In this document: positions 1-18,428 of the stretch, piece after piece
Layout: the number at the start of each line of letters is the position of its first letter
Position numbering within the stretch: the stretch's first letter is position 1
Assembly (NCBI RefSeq): GCF_000150275.1
Contig: NW_002060949.1
Span: 5,747,535 to 5,811,534 of the forward strand
Direction: 5' to 3'
Length of the DNA: 64,000 nt
Source of the DNA: Trichoplax adhaerens
Lineage: Eukaryota; Animalia; Placozoa
Made by a program: the position numbers and the translations under genes
Notes under the pieces: model-generated
The model's input: the letters and a program-made list of their open reading frames with translations, nothing else
What the model was told of the DNA's origin: nothing
Databases searched by the model: none

Positions 1-197
1 GATTTCAGCTCAACGTAAGAATCACTGTAAAAATTGATATTTTAGGATAAGAAAAACTTGGCATAAACGATACTGTGCCATAAAAAACGGATATATGACT
101 ATATCAACAGCAGCGGTTGGAAAAATTTTTAGTTATTACAAAAACATTTTTCTAGCAAATCATACACAGTAATAGTCGATCGATTTTATTTTCTTAG

Positions 198-3803
<3,606 letters not shown>

Positions 3804-4512
3804 AGGATCGATCCTGACTAAGTTTATTCGGATACAGTAACCATGATACTTCTGCTTACAATTGCTTTTGATTTTTATCCTGTATTCGGCCTATCTTATC
3901 ATTTATTTCTTAATTCGACCTTGAATATTTCCTTTTAAATGTTCTAGTTTGCATTAATGAGCATTTCGCAATTTACAATATATATCATTGTTAATGAAGT
4001 TAAAATGATTAATTTGCTTTTGGATGCTAGAGATCTGAAATGAAAGTAATACAGTCTTAATTGTATTACGGCATTTATAGATTTGCATCGTGTATATTAC
4101 GACAATAATTACGAGTATACTTGGTAAAAGATGACGTTTTTACCGCATACATGTACTGCAATTGCTCAAATTATGCAGTTTTAACAACATCCCTTCCTGT
4201 TATGCAAAGATAGGTTGGATTTGAAATTACTTCAGTGAATATAGTAAATCCTATGATCTTTAAATTTTATGGTACAGTATTGGTATTAAAGTTTTAATGC
4301 ACATGATTTTGTTTGCAAATTACGTTTAAAAGAGGAAATTCTCTTTAAGAGTGTTAATAATATATTGTATAAAATTTGTCTATCATTTTATCATCTATTT
4401 AATTGTTCCATTGACTTATATGCCAAATAAGTAGTTACGAATTGTATGATTTTAAACGTTACAAGTTTAATTCACCTCTGAATTTTTTTTGTAAATCCTG
4501 CATACTACTATT

Positions 4513-4541
4513 ATATACATATATATATATATATATATATA
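4513..4541. repeat. (TA)n microsatellite
   Basis: Run of TA dinucleotides; similar runs at ~8876-8894 and ~35137-35163. Confidence 0.85.
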
Positions 4542-5958
4542 ATCAATTTATTCAATTCCAGCTTAACCATGTCTGAGTCTCTATGATAATATTATTATAA
4601 TATCATGTGAAAATATTATTTTGAACGATATCTAAGTCTCCTTTTTAAACTAAAAGTTCGCAACTTCTTGCTGTTTCAAATAAACACTTTGAAATTGTTT
4701 TTTGACCTATCTGTTATCTAATATATGAAATTCCCTGATTGAGAGCATGCTTAAAATTTGTACGGCAATAAATTGTAGGCCTTGAATTACTGGTGGTTGC
4801 TCCTAACTTTTACCTTGTACCTGCAAATTAGTATCCGACTATTGGATTTGCAGTAAGAGTATAATTAAAACTAGAAATATACTCTTGAGTGTGGCATACA
4901 TAATCTAGAATACATTTTTTGCGTTATACGATAAGCTACTTATAAAGGAGCACCAGTATTTGACTCGGCAATGATCGGTAACATTTTAAAAGTATTTGGA
5001 TACAGTTATGCCATAGTACAGTACAGTAAAGAAATCTGTTTAACACTTCAGCTTCATTATCTAATCAATTAATGATAAGGCACGCTATATTTACTTGTAT
5101 ATGCAATACTACATTGTCAAATTTTTATTTCTTTAGAGCAGATATTTAGCACGCGTCATTCTTGATTTATCTCTTACTAAAAATCGTATCAAGTACAATT
5201 TTTACAATTTTACATGTAGTAGCTGCAGACATTAAATAAGCAAAGTTAACAAAAGTGAAAATAAAAAAAAGTACGCTTATCCATAATTGAAAGAGGATAA
5301 TGCTATCATACTATATTTTGGATGTATGATAGTAAATCTCCCGTGTAGCATATAAGATAATATATCAAAACACGAATGAAAAATACCATCACATACTACT
5401 GTTACATCACAGCTGCCAACTCAGATTATCCTAAACGGAGTATAAATCAAATTCTATCCAATAAACGATACTGTACTAAGTGGACAAATAAGCAACTTAT
5501 ACATCTTATACGTAGGAAAATTCAATCAGCACTCTCTCTCTATATATACATCTATTGAGAATATGAGTTATCATTTAAGAATGTAGATGTTGTCATCTAT
5601 TTAATGACTCTTGAATCAAGTAATAAAGATGCAAAGCTCAATACTGAATACAGTATACAAGTAAAATACACATTTGTTAATGTTTTTGATATTATCCAAA
5701 AAACTATAAATTAGTATCAAAACTGTAAGACTTGTCTACAGATTTTTTGAAAGAGAAGTCGAATCTGATATGTGAACTACAATATAAGAAATTGCAAAAA
5801 TTAATCAAGATTTCTATATATAATATAATCTGCAACAGCTATATGACTATGAAAAATAGCAAGCATGGAACTTCGAGGAAAAAATTAGAATAACCGTATA
5901 GATCGTGTTTGCAACATCCTAGAGAGTTCTAACTATTTAGTTACAGGCACGACAAAAT

Positions 5959-7838
5959 CTATGGATGATACAAAGTATTATCATCGTCACTCATTAATGA
6001 ATCAGGAACTGTTTGATCAGATCCTTTCCTGTCAATGAGATTTATGGGTGTGTAAAATGTAAAGCTCTTAGCATACAACCATGGATGTTGTAAGATAGCT
6101 TCTGCTGTTAATCGTTGCTCAGGCTGGAGCCGTAGCAAAGCTTTAATCAAACATTTCGATTTCGCGGAGATAGTATCTGGTAAATCATAAGTGCAGTTAC
6201 GAATTTTTTCAAATAGCTTATTCGGATCGGTATCTTGGAAGGGATATTTACCAACAACCATTGTGTAAAACATGACGCCTAAACTCCAAATATCAGCACT
6301 TTTACTAGAATAATAGCCTCCAGGTTGCAGCATTTCCGGTGCGACATAAGCTGGGCATCGATGTTTGATTGATGGCTTATCGTTTGGGTCAACAAGTATA
6401 CAACCATCTTCTAAACCATCGATGACGATAGTATCCCTATGTTAAGAAAGATTAACGGAAGTGTTCAATATATACTTAATTACACAATATTATTGTTAAT
6501 TATGTGATTATCTACAATACGAGTTAAGTCGTACGGATTAAATGATTGAACGTATATACATCGATTTTATCATTCATACTTGAAATTAAATGTATGTATA
6601 GAAGTATAAATTATTACGGGAAAAAATTGTGTACTCAAGCTATTACAAAGCAGAACGAAATTAATACAAGAATTAATTATTGCACGTAGCTGTTCCAATT
6701 CACGAAGACTTTACAATTACATTGGCACACTGAAGGTATAGTATAAATTTTTAAATTGATCACCATAATGGATACATCCTTCGGACAATCAATGAGAAAA
6801 TATGTACTGTACAAATTCAGAGATATAACATAAAGATAGAGCCATTGGATTCACACCCGATGATAATCACAATAACTACGACATACGGACATTAAAGTAA
6901 ATATCACCGACAGTCATCTTTGATCCATTCAGCTAACTCTCCATAAAATTTGAATTATTATTCTATAAAAATTTTCAAATAACTGAACTAATAAAGTCCT
7001 ACATGAAACAAATTGTTATAAAATAGCATTGATTAGGTAGCTACAGTATGTTATACGTATGTCTACTGGTCTAAATACACTACTATCTCATGTCAAATTA
7101 TATAAGGGGCAATCTGGCGTTTTGATTATCATTACTGTTTGGAATCTTGTATTCGAAATCATGATTACTGTACCAATGTGATGTGTACCAGTAAAAGAGA
7201 TGAATAATGGTATTACAGAGCAAGTGTATGTGTCTTAATCTAATGGTCTGTACGCTTAGTATACAGTATACTGCATTGTTATTTTTTAGTTCATTTAATT
7301 TAGTCGTGATTATACTTGCAGTCGTGTTCAAAAAGTTAGTTGCTAACCATTTACAGTATGCGTCACATTGTAAATACCTATTAGTATCCATAAAAAGGAA
7401 TTTTCGTAGCTTTAAATCGTTCAATATAATGCCATGTTTATGGCAATGAGCAACAACTTGAACAATTTGACGAAAGATAGAAAGGCAATCCTCTTCGTTA
7501 ATACAACCATTTTTGCGAATATAGGAATAAAGATCGTCGCAATGGCGATCATAAAAGAGATAAGCGTATCTTCTACCAAGTACAACTTGTACAATGCGAT
7601 TGATACTCGGATGAGCAGGTAACTGATCAAGGAGTATCATGTACTGATGAAATTGTTCAATCGATAATATTTTACAATTATATTCCACACCAAGATGGGC
7701 ATCGATAGCACGAATAGAAGTATCAGTATCGCCGCCATTATGACGAGAGTTTGAACGATTTGGAAAGAGTAAGTATTGACCAACCTTGAAAATATTGTCC
7801 GTCATATCGGCAACTCCATAAGTTTGATTTTCGTCCAT
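5959..7838 (-). CDS. TRIB2: Tribbles pseudokinase, 2 exons (7838-7378, 6436-5959)
   Basis: Family motifs LNDLKLRKF (catalytic loop), GLED in place of DFG, KHRCPAYVAPE, ILQHPWL and the COP1-binding DQTVPD; GT-AG intron with compatible phase (AAT AG|G GAT). Single invertebrate-type Tribbles; paralog number is nominal. Confidence 0.93.
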
Positions 7839-8033
7839 AATACACGTCTTAATATTTTATACTGTATTAATAACATATATTTTTTTTAATCTCTTTCTTG
7901 ATAAAGCCTATCTATGTAGATATTTACAGTAATCTCGATATCTTGTTTGTTAAATATGAAACAAATGCTGAATATTTTAAAATGATTAAATGGGATTGCT
8001 AACAAACAGGATGGTTGAAGTGGGCTGTTTGAT

Positions 8034-8313
8034 GAGCGTCGAGCGTCAAATGATAGCCGTCAGACTTTACACTTACTATTTATAAGATTGATAAAATTAA
8101 AATATTGTATAATAAAAATTTTGAAGACAAAAACAATACAACAGAGGATATTGCTTGAAGAAAAATGGCTATTCTATATATTGTTTTAATAAGGCACTAA
8201 AGTTACGTTATTGTAGCTAGATGAAATAGTTAATTTGATGGATTGTGGGTGTTGACGATGGAGAAGCTGATCCAATAAAAGCAAAGCGAATGAACTGATT
8301 TCCTGACGCAATC
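8034..8313 (-). promoter_or_regulatory. Candidate Tribbles promoter: TATA box plus C/EBP-CRE composite site
   Basis: TATAAATA on the minus strand at 8077-8084, TGACGCAAT at ~8304-8312, CCAAT at ~8272 and several TGACG half sites. Motif evidence only. Confidence 0.4.
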
Positions 8314-10326
8314 AAGGAAAATTTCGGCCCTATTATAAAATACCGTAATATGAAAGATAATTTAAATTAGTACATCTAGAAAGAATATGTTTTAGTAGGT
8401 TAATAATTATGGAGATTTAATTACTTGTACCGCGCTATAACATTTCAATATCACAACCATACATTGTATGGATTGTATGATATGAAGAGAAAATGAAAAA
8501 AAATTGTTACTTTCTCTTGACTTAATTTTTACTATACTGTAGAAAGGACTGCAATTTAATTTCATCAAAAATTATCAAGTATTTCGATCTTATTCAGGAT
8601 AAAAAAATAAGATCCAAGATAAACCCTATTCAATAACTTGGATACAATATCGATGTCTAAAATATGCAATATCAAGGATGATTAGACTAACCGGCAAAAA
8701 TATAGAGAAGAATCCAATCCAAACTCTAAGCTAGTAATGGAAATGGTTTAATCCCAATTGTTTTACTGTCCTGTACTGTCGCGGCTGAAGATGATGTTTT
8801 TTATTACTATTATTATTGTCCGGCAATAAATTGAATTTGGATCAACGTTGTACTAACTCAGTCTTTATTTATACTGTATATATATATATATATACATCGA
8901 TGATCTTTTCCATCAGTTTGTAAATCTATTCGCATTCAGGTAAGAGTTTAAGTGTAGAGATTGTATGGTCGAAGTTGCGATGAAAGGTTATGTTGTTGTA
9001 TATATATATATCGACTGAATGTACTACAGTATAGCACGGTAATGACTCCGATCGTGTTCCACGAAGTATGAGTAAGTAGAATAAGATTTTAAATCTATAC
9101 ACGTATACACAGTATTTTTTTCAATTCTTAATATGTAATAATAGCTATAGTTAATGGTGCAAGAGAAGATGTTACAATCTTTAATTTCGCCTTATCTTGA
9201 GTCTACCACCACCACTACACTGTATCCACGATGAAGAAAGTTACAAGCGTAATGTTGAATTTCCAGTCTGAATAACGTCAAGTATAATCCAATGGGGATG
9301 GAACCGAAAATAGTAGGAGAAAAAAAAAGTGATGTAATCTTGAATGGTAGTAAAGTTGTTGTCGTCTACAAGAGCGTACAGTCGTCAATTTGCAACTGGA
9401 AACTCTCCACTTTTGGTATCAAGGTGATTTGAAGTCGTGAAATAGGGTAGCTAAAGTCAACTGTGAGAGGGAGAAAAAGTAATTTCACCTAATCTCGAAC
9501 GAAGAGATGCGCCTATGTCGAGACTACTTGAAGAAATGATATTGAATCAAGCTCCAACACTGCTATAATCGTTCGATTTCAATTGAATTTTTTTTTTTCT
9601 CTTTAGCTTGCCCAATAGGATAGAGGAGACTAATTGGAGTTGCAATGAATTGTCTGCAATATTTTACTTTGTGCAATGCAAGCTAGTATCCATATTTGGA
9701 TAGTGTATTTGGAATGAAGATTTCCTTTCCTGATTGAATGTTGGAATAATAATCCCCTCCAGTGATAATAATACAATTTGTCTGGTTGGTATTCTACCGT
9801 CTCTTGCAGCCAGCAATCGATCATTCAAATCAAGGCCACAACCACTGGAAAGAGTCAATGTATTCCACAGGCCAATGGAGGAAATTGAATTTTTTTTTTT
9901 TGGGGGGGGGGGTTTCACTAAGCGTTGGCCAATTTTTCACTGAAGGTTGGAAAAAATGTTCACTGTGAAATGGACATGGTGGCTTGACTTGACGATTTTG
10001 CTGACGCTAAAAAAGAAAACTCTCATTGAAATTCAATGCTGTCGACAAGTTTTTCAAGAATTTTGGCTGACGGTGCTATTAATCCAACTGTGGTAGAATC
10101 AAGTCGTCGTTTTAATTGAATTGCAAATATGTCTACGTGTAGTCTAAATTGACAAATGTAGGCCAAAGAAGCAAATTAATACGGCGACATTTTCTTTGGG
10201 ATAGACCATCAACGCGTCGACGAAGCGCAACTAGAGTCAAGCAAGTGAAGGCGTCCGCGTTGGGTCACTCGGCCACAACGCTACAACTCGTAGTGTGTTT
10301 GACCGTGGGAGAGCGTTTGACGTGAC

Positions 10327-10456
10327 TTCATTTCCGTCGACGTAATAATCCACTATTGTACTGGATTGTATTGTACTCATCGTTACGACCTTTGTCTCGG
10401 TTGGCTCATTTCCGTCGACGTCATAATCCATTCTTGTACTGGATTGTATTGATACC
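10327..10456. repeat. ~48-bp imperfect direct repeat, period 78 bp
   Basis: catttccgtcgacgt(aa/ca)taatcca...ttgtactggattgtattg starts at 10329 and 10407. Confidence 0.85.
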
Positions 10457-13400
10457 GACTCGTCCCTTGTACACCACTACTACAAGACAGTATCATACGG
10501 TATTGTTGTAATGCAATGACTCAATGTGACTAAAATAGAAAGAGTCAAGATTTTCCTTTGTTATCACGTTATCTTAACCCACGATCGTCCTCCAATACAA
10601 AGGGCCTACTATGCCTGTTGTCGAGTACAGTACAGCAACAATGATTTGTGTACACTAGTCGAGCCTGGCCCAACTCTGTCCACTACAGGACCGATCAATC
10701 AATCCCGTTTTCGACAATGTACAATTTGCAGCGATCGCTGCAAATTTTTCTCACGGTCGACAAGATAATCCACTGTAGATTGTAGACCCAACCACTTGCA
10801 GAACCTTTTTGCGTCCATTTGACTCCAACTATGGAGGCAAATGCATGAAAATCGATCTTAAAGGTGTCTGCTATTTCTTGCCACTACTGGCCCTACTGTG
10901 TCCAGTAGACTACTAAAATTGCTACAATTACCGTGTACAAGTTGGCTAGTTTTGGTCATTGTTTACAGACGCACGCTAAGGCTGAGGGGTCGTAGTACAG
11001 TACGGCGTAACGACGCGCGGTACGCCCATACCATATCATCAAATCACATCGACATTGGTAATGACGTGTATAGTACTGTATCACATTGGTATTGTTACTG
11101 CAATGACTCACTTTTCATACATTTCCTACTGTCACACGGCGTGACAGTCGCAGTCAAGAAGAAATAAAAAAAAATGGACTATGTGCCAGTGAATGACATT
11201 AGTCCAAATGGCCTGCCTGTTGGTCAAGATGGCAAAATTGAGTAGTTTTGGACTATAAAGTGTACAGCCAAGGTCCAGTTTAAGATAAAGTCTTTGAGGT
11301 TATCACGGCATTTGAACAGGAAGTAATCCTAAAAATGCATTTTTTGTCGGCGCAATCAATAAATGTTCCACTATTTTATAGCGTACAATGATCCAATCAC
11401 ATTCGATATTGGTTATGAGCGTAATAGCACACAGTACTACGCTATCACAAATATTCCTGACGGCATGCAGTCATACAAAGTTCCTCCAGGCCTAGTTGGT
11501 AGTGATCGTGCTTGTAATGCATGGAGGAATTTCCCTACGGGTCTTCCCATACAGATTGAAGTCAACGTCATTTCTTGGTCTATTAAACATTATATTATCA
11601 ATAACGCTGCTGTACAGTGTACATACTGCCTTGTCGAATCGAATTTCTCCAAATCTGTGACGTAATTGTCGCTAATTAAATTACTTCAACTTCCATCCAA
11701 ATAAATAGGGATAAGTATGACGCAGGAGAAATTATTCATTCTTCAAATTATTCATTGGCCATGAGTCATCATCAGAATTCGATCAGAATTAGATCAATTT
11801 CTTGTCTCGATGGATACAATTAGGGAGATGATATAATGATATCGCATATCATTCATTCATCGCTGGTCAAGTTTCTATACGAGTACGCGTCTGTTCAAAA
11901 AGGATGAACGATACCTAACCATTGAATAGGGACGATCATTTCTTTGGCTAGTCCTTGAGACAGCATACAAACGTACGCAGTATCGACAGCGAGCGTTTAC
12001 ATTGCACATAATATACCTACAAACCAATCGAATCGGATAAAGCCACAACAAGAAATGATTGTCCTGTAATTATTTTCATCGATCTGGTCAAGTACTTGAG
12101 CCGTATTAAATACTATCATAGGATCGTATCGATCGATAAATCTACCGTTATATTCATGTGCAATCATTTACGCATTGAGCTTTCAATTAAAAATATCAAA
12201 TATAGAGCACATCCTTGCAGCCTCGAAATTAATATCTCAAGTATTGTACAGTGAAATACTAGTAGGTTGAAACGATGCCAACAGAATCAAAACGCGAATG
12301 CCGTATCAATAATAGAATTAGCGACTATTTGTCACCGGATTATGATGATTGAATGACAATCTCTAGGCAAAAGACAAAATTAAATTGAAATTGAATGACA
12401 GTCAATGAGTACCCGATTACCAGCTAACTGATAACCTACTCATTAGATAAATCATCGTCTCAAGCTGATGAACGATGGATCATGCCATCGAGTAATGATG
12501 CGGTACCTCCCATTGCCTTCAAAATAGCCGAGCTAACATATGCAAGATAGCTTTAATTTGAAAGCAAATCAACAATAGATCGACCCATTTCAGTTTTATT
12601 TATTCAAGTTTAGGTGTTGCAATCAATGTAAAATAACGTATTTTACATTCCGTAAATGTTTCAAAATTAACTATCCAGTATGATGCTGAGGACATACTGT
12701 ACTCATAGAAATCACATCTGAATTACTTCAAATTTGAAAGACCTATCAACTCTGTACAATACTCATATGCCGTTGTTATACAGTACATAAATGTTATGCA
12801 TTTATTATCGTACTCTATACTACAACCTATAGTGCAGTTAGTTGAACTACAACCATCAATCTAGATAATGATGGAGTGGCTGCTTACGATAATTACAAAC
12901 AAGCCCTCAGAATGTGGGGTAGCATTGGGTACAATTTATACCAGATTTCGCCGGGCAATCAGTATTAGATGCTTAGTAGATAGTACTGTACTCGTCTACT
13001 ATTCTATATTGGTTAGCTTGTGCATTAATACGATGCAATACTACATACTGTGTTAGTATTATATATATTTAAGATTGCCATTGTATGTTTGCGCTAATTC
13101 GATATTACCTAAATTTAGTAGGTTATAAACTTACTATTACCAATTGAGAGAAGTAAGAACCTTCAATATGGTTGCTAGTATTCACTCTAGATAGTAATAC
13201 ATAATAGATAGGATACCAGTATTTGTATGTTGGTATTGAGTGGCACATTAGAAATTCGTATTAGAAGATAATTTGGTATAGAGCTAAAGCCCTTTCCACT
13301 GCTGCATACAAGTATATAAGATTTTTTCAATACTCAGTCTTTCAAACACAATAACTAATACAGCATTTAGAAAATGATAGTACTTTTCTAAATACTGTTA

Positions 13401-13843
13401 GTAGCAAGAAAATGCTATAGTAATGCTGGTTAGACTCAATGCACTTATTCTTATATCCTTGATGATAATACTACAGTATACGTGTAGTGCTAAAGTTGAT
13501 ATTAAATAATTATCAGCAACGCAAAGATACGTAGCAAATGAAACTAAATTTTCAAATCTTATTGACTACAAGTAGCAAACAGTAAAGCTGACCATTACAA
13601 GTTACAATATCTACTCTAAATTCAGATGACAACACTGTTCATGCTATAACACAATAACTTTTATATTTTTATCTCCTATATTTCACTATACGTACGTACA
13701 GGTAAATTGAAGAACATCGTTCTATTGTAGAAAATTATCTTACAGTAAAATGATAGTAATTATCTGTCCCTGCTTCTTATTAAAAATTATTAATTAAAGC
13801 CATCAATTCTACCTAAATGACACGCGAATAACACTTTTATTTA

Positions 13844-14090
13844 TATATGAAATTGTTAAACTATATACGGTCAACATAGCAATTTAATTTCGCTCATTTC
13901 ATTATAGATCATAGCCTCGTTACTTGAAATCGGTAAAGGGTATTCTGTTTATATCGTTCTTGTATATATCTTGTATATGAAATTGTTAAACTATATACGG
14001 TCAGCATAGCAATTTAATTTCGTTCATTTCATTATAGATCATAGCTTCGTTACTTGAAATCGGTAAAGGGTATTCTGTTTATATCGTTCT
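13844..14090. repeat. 130-bp tandem duplication (~1.9 copies) downstream of ECHDC3
   Basis: tatatgaaattgttaaactatatacggtc...gggtattctgtttatatcgttct starts at 13844 and 13974 with only a few mismatches. Confidence 0.92.
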
Positions 14091-14281
14091 AGTAAAGATA
14101 ACATAATAGACGACTATCGTTCACTGAATTCACATCAAATCAATTAAAGCTGTTTTTAAATTTTTTTGCTAAAATCAGATTATTGTCTTAAATCACTACA
14201 AATATGTATGATTTAGATATGTAAGATAATTATACATTATGCCATCTCTTATCCTACAATCTCTATTGTTGGTAGGCATTT

Positions 14282-16463
14282 TTAATCCTTCCAAACTGGC
14301 TGGCGTTTATCTACAAAAGCATTGATGCCTTCCTGACAGTCATCATAATTTAAATTTCGCAGCATAGCATCCGAAGCGTAACTGTATATAAAGTATAATA
14401 CAGGATTAGAAAAAAGCTATTCATAGTTGCAGTTAAAAGCTATCAAGGAAAATGAGATCAAGTAAAACAGATCTCAATAATCTAAAATCGCTAATACATC
14501 GTGTTTTCTTTATACCTGTAAGCTTCATCACGACTTTTCTGTATTTGCTTATAAAAACAAGCTTTACCTAATGCCATTACTGAGCGACTAGAAGAGCTAA
14601 TTTTTTCTGCAATCCTGGTAGTCTATTTTACGCATATATGAGAAATCTGTTTAGTCCTTACTGCATATAATGAACTAATGAAAAAATTACGATTACTGAA
14701 AGCAATTAATGATTGGACATGAACATTTTTTATCGAAATTCAATCTTACTTCAGTTTCTAGTTCCTCATGAGGTACCACTTTGCTGACTAGGCCGTGCTT
14801 TAACGCCTCTGTATGTAAAGAAGTATTACTGGAAACGCTCTTATGACTGAAGTAGAATATACAGCTAAGATATAAAAATATCAGTGATTTATTCATTAAA
14901 GAACTAGCCACCTTGCGCTGTAATAGCTTCTCCCGTAAGCAACATTTGCATAGCAAGTTTTCTAGGGACTGCCCTAGCTAATGCCACTGCTGGGGTCGAG
15001 CAGAAGAGGCCAACGTTCACGCTATATTAGGGCATCAATAAAAGTGATTTAGCTACTAATATGTGACCAAAGGGGTGTACAGTACGTGCTAAATGAGATG
15101 AGATAACAGTAAATTACTAATAACCAATGCTGTACTGAAGGATAATAATCATTCTATTTATTAATTTCAATGATATAAAAAATTATCATCTGTAGAATGC
15201 AATGGTGTGAAGAACTAATGATTACTGGTGTGGACATGAATTCAATACCCTTCTGTAGACTAATTGGATATTGGATTATCTTTGTCCTCTAAAACTAGAA
15301 TCTGCGATGGCATACGTGTATAGTATATAATGTTACCGTTACTTCCAACGTGATGCAGTTGATTATTATCTATACTTTATGTACCCTGGAGTTGCAAATC
15401 TTGACGATTCTGATGCAATAACTACATCACAACTAGCTACAAGTTGGCATCCCGCAGCCGTTGCTAAACCTTTAAAAAATTAATTATTTGTACATTAAAT
15501 TAAATTATAATTATTAGCCTTTGAAAATACCACTAATAATATACAATCAAAATCATTATCGTGAATCACTTATTATTACCGTTGACTTCAGCGATGACAG
15601 GGACTTCGGTATCCTGTAAATTAAAATTATCATGTCTCAGATTACGTGAAAAGTACAATTGGAAAAGCGGTTAATATACGTGCGATTAGCTCTAGTATAT
15701 GGACAGTATTACTAGTATCATCTATGTATTCAATGCTACATTGCTGCAACTTAGCAGCAAAGTGGTGTCATCAAGGCTTTCATTTCAAATACTAACCTGA
15801 ATTAATTGCATCACCTTCGTACAAGCATCAAAGATGTCTTTATGATAGTCATGTCCCGTTGCATCAGTCTGTTGCAATGAAATTATAAAGTAACTATTTT
15901 ACACGCTTATCATACTCTGTACTGTACTGTAATTTAGGCATAAATAAATACGCAAATATATTCCTGTTGTCAATAATATTATATCCTCCAAGAATATTGT
16001 TACCGTATTTGCGACAATTTTATTACCATTTATCAGATTTATTATTTATGAAGGTAGCTACCTATTGATAAATGTACCAAAATAATCCTCATACAAATAA
16101 GCGTACAACTATTATACTGCACTTACTAGTTCCCTCAAGTCGTGTCCAGCAGAGAATACTTTTCCAGATGAGCAAATAACAATAACACGTGGCGGTTTGC
16201 CATCAGATTCTTTTTCGATAGCACTTTTCAACGATTTCAGAAGGTCCAACGATAACGCATGACTAGTTGATTGAATAAGGAAGCATAAGATAGCCATGTT
16301 AATTTTATGACTAAGGGCAATCTGATGTCATGAGCAGCTACTTAAATCAGTAATAATAAAAAATAATTTTACTTAACTGCTTTTTAGGATTATTTAGCTG
16401 GATCCTTCTAATCCCATTCTTTTCCGTAACTAGTGTCAACTCCTGTTTGGCACTATCCGACAT
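14282..16463 (-). CDS. ECHDC3: Enoyl-CoA hydratase domain-containing protein 3 (crotonase family), ~9 exons; an extra upstream exon is possible
   Basis: [89 protein letters not shown]; ATG at 16463, stop at 14282-14284. Confidence 0.9.
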
Positions 16464-18428
16464 CTTAGCAATGTATGAAAATAGGAGTTAGATACCAGGC
16501 ATCAAACAGAAACTTCAAAATGTCTATCGTAACTGCTTAATTAACTTTTGAAAGCAACAAATATTCCTGGTCATTACACTATCATTTCTAAATTAACTAA
16601 ATAGTAGATCACTGTGCATCAATATATAGCCTTCGGAAAAGAAAAAACAATATCGTCATGATTGCAAATCATTCGCTGTGCTGTGCAAAGCACATTTGTA
16701 GTGCTTGTAGTCCAATGGCTACGCGTATTGACACCAGTATGTAGCATTTAGAAAAATGATATCATAATGATCGCAAATCACTCGCTAGTAATGTAATATT
16801 GTAGAAAGGTAGGCATGCGAATTTGTAGCGGTCTACGGCTGTTAATACTACTAGTATACATCGTAAATAGCATACGATATAAGTTCTACGCGTATACATT
16901 ATCCTCTGAGCTCTTTCCACAACGTTCTACTAAGACAGTCTACTGTATGTGTGGTGGATCCTGAAGTTGACTAGTGATACTTTTCATAAAATGCAGCTCG
17001 CGCTTTGCTACTAGTTCATTGACTTTATTGAAGGTTGTACTGTACATACATTAGCAGAATCATTGAATGATCGTGTGAAGCAATGGCGAAGAGGTCTTAA
17101 GACTTTCCTTTTTATAAGATTCTAGCTGTAATAGTAACGGATCGTTTTGTAACTTAGCAGCGTCGTACTATACAGATATTGAAGTTTACTCAATTGCTAG
17201 ACACGACACCGACAAGCATTTTGATAATTTGCAATGTATGGTTATTAGAACTTAGAACTTCTCTATTCTAATTTATAATTAATTATCAGACATGACATTA
17301 CGCTACGGTTCGGACTTAGTGTATTAGACTAACGATACGCATATTTGAATGATTATTCGCGACGGTATGCATACCTCTGTTTAAGCATTAAGCATTGCTG
17401 TATGCCAAAATATTGCATCGATGTGTAGCATTTAGAAGGAGCAAACGTAATGCTATGATGATTTCCAATCACTTGCTAATAATGTACAGTAGAAAGTCAT
17501 ATTTCTAGTAGTCCATTGCTATACACACTAGGCATTGCAGACAGCACAGGGATGCAATCATTTTTATCGTCGTCATCTACAGTTTCTTTGCGAAGTTCTA
17601 CTGGTAACCCAAGCTATTATGCATATGTTTATCTAATCATTATCCCCAATTTGACCATTAACGCAAGAAAGTATACCTTATTCTTGAATATCAGGTTATA
17701 ATTACAAGCAACGCTACGCCTGATTCCAGGTAGCAAGGATAACGATCGGTTACAGATGGTTTGATATGGAAGCAACATGATTTCCTGATTTGTTTTCCTT
17801 CCAGAGCTTACAGACGGATAAGATCGAATTTAGGATAGTTAGGACAGTCGCCTTTGTGCTCGGACGGTACAGACTATAGTACACTTTGCCATACCGTACA
17901 GTGCAGGTAGAGAATTACTATGGGCAAGCGTGATGGCTTAAGCAAGAAAGCTTAGAGGTTAAAAGCCTGTCCATATATTAAGGGACTGCCAGCAAAAAAA
18001 TGAAAGAGGATTCTTCTCTCTTCTCTCTTGTAGTCCATAGCTTAATAAGCATGGATGACTAGAATTTCTAGTACTGTCCTAGTGCAGTATAGAATCACTA
18101 TTGGCAACCGTGAGGGCTTAAGTAAGGAGTAAAGCATGAATTACTATAGGAAGTCCAATCGGTAGTCTATAGCTGGAGTATCAACGTTATCCCTATTGGC
18201 TGAGCCGATCGTAAGCGTAAACTACGGAGACCAGCAGCTGTTGGGGGCAAATACTTTAAAAGTTTACTCACTTGGTGGGTCTCCTCAATTCTGCAATGCA
18301 ATGAGTAGAACAGTAACTAAGTTAGGAGTTTTTCCTTTTATCATCTCCAGCTAAACGGATGATGAATCAAAATTAAAAAAATCACTCCCTTATTTTATAG
18401 ATTACATCATAGACTTGTATTATAGTCA

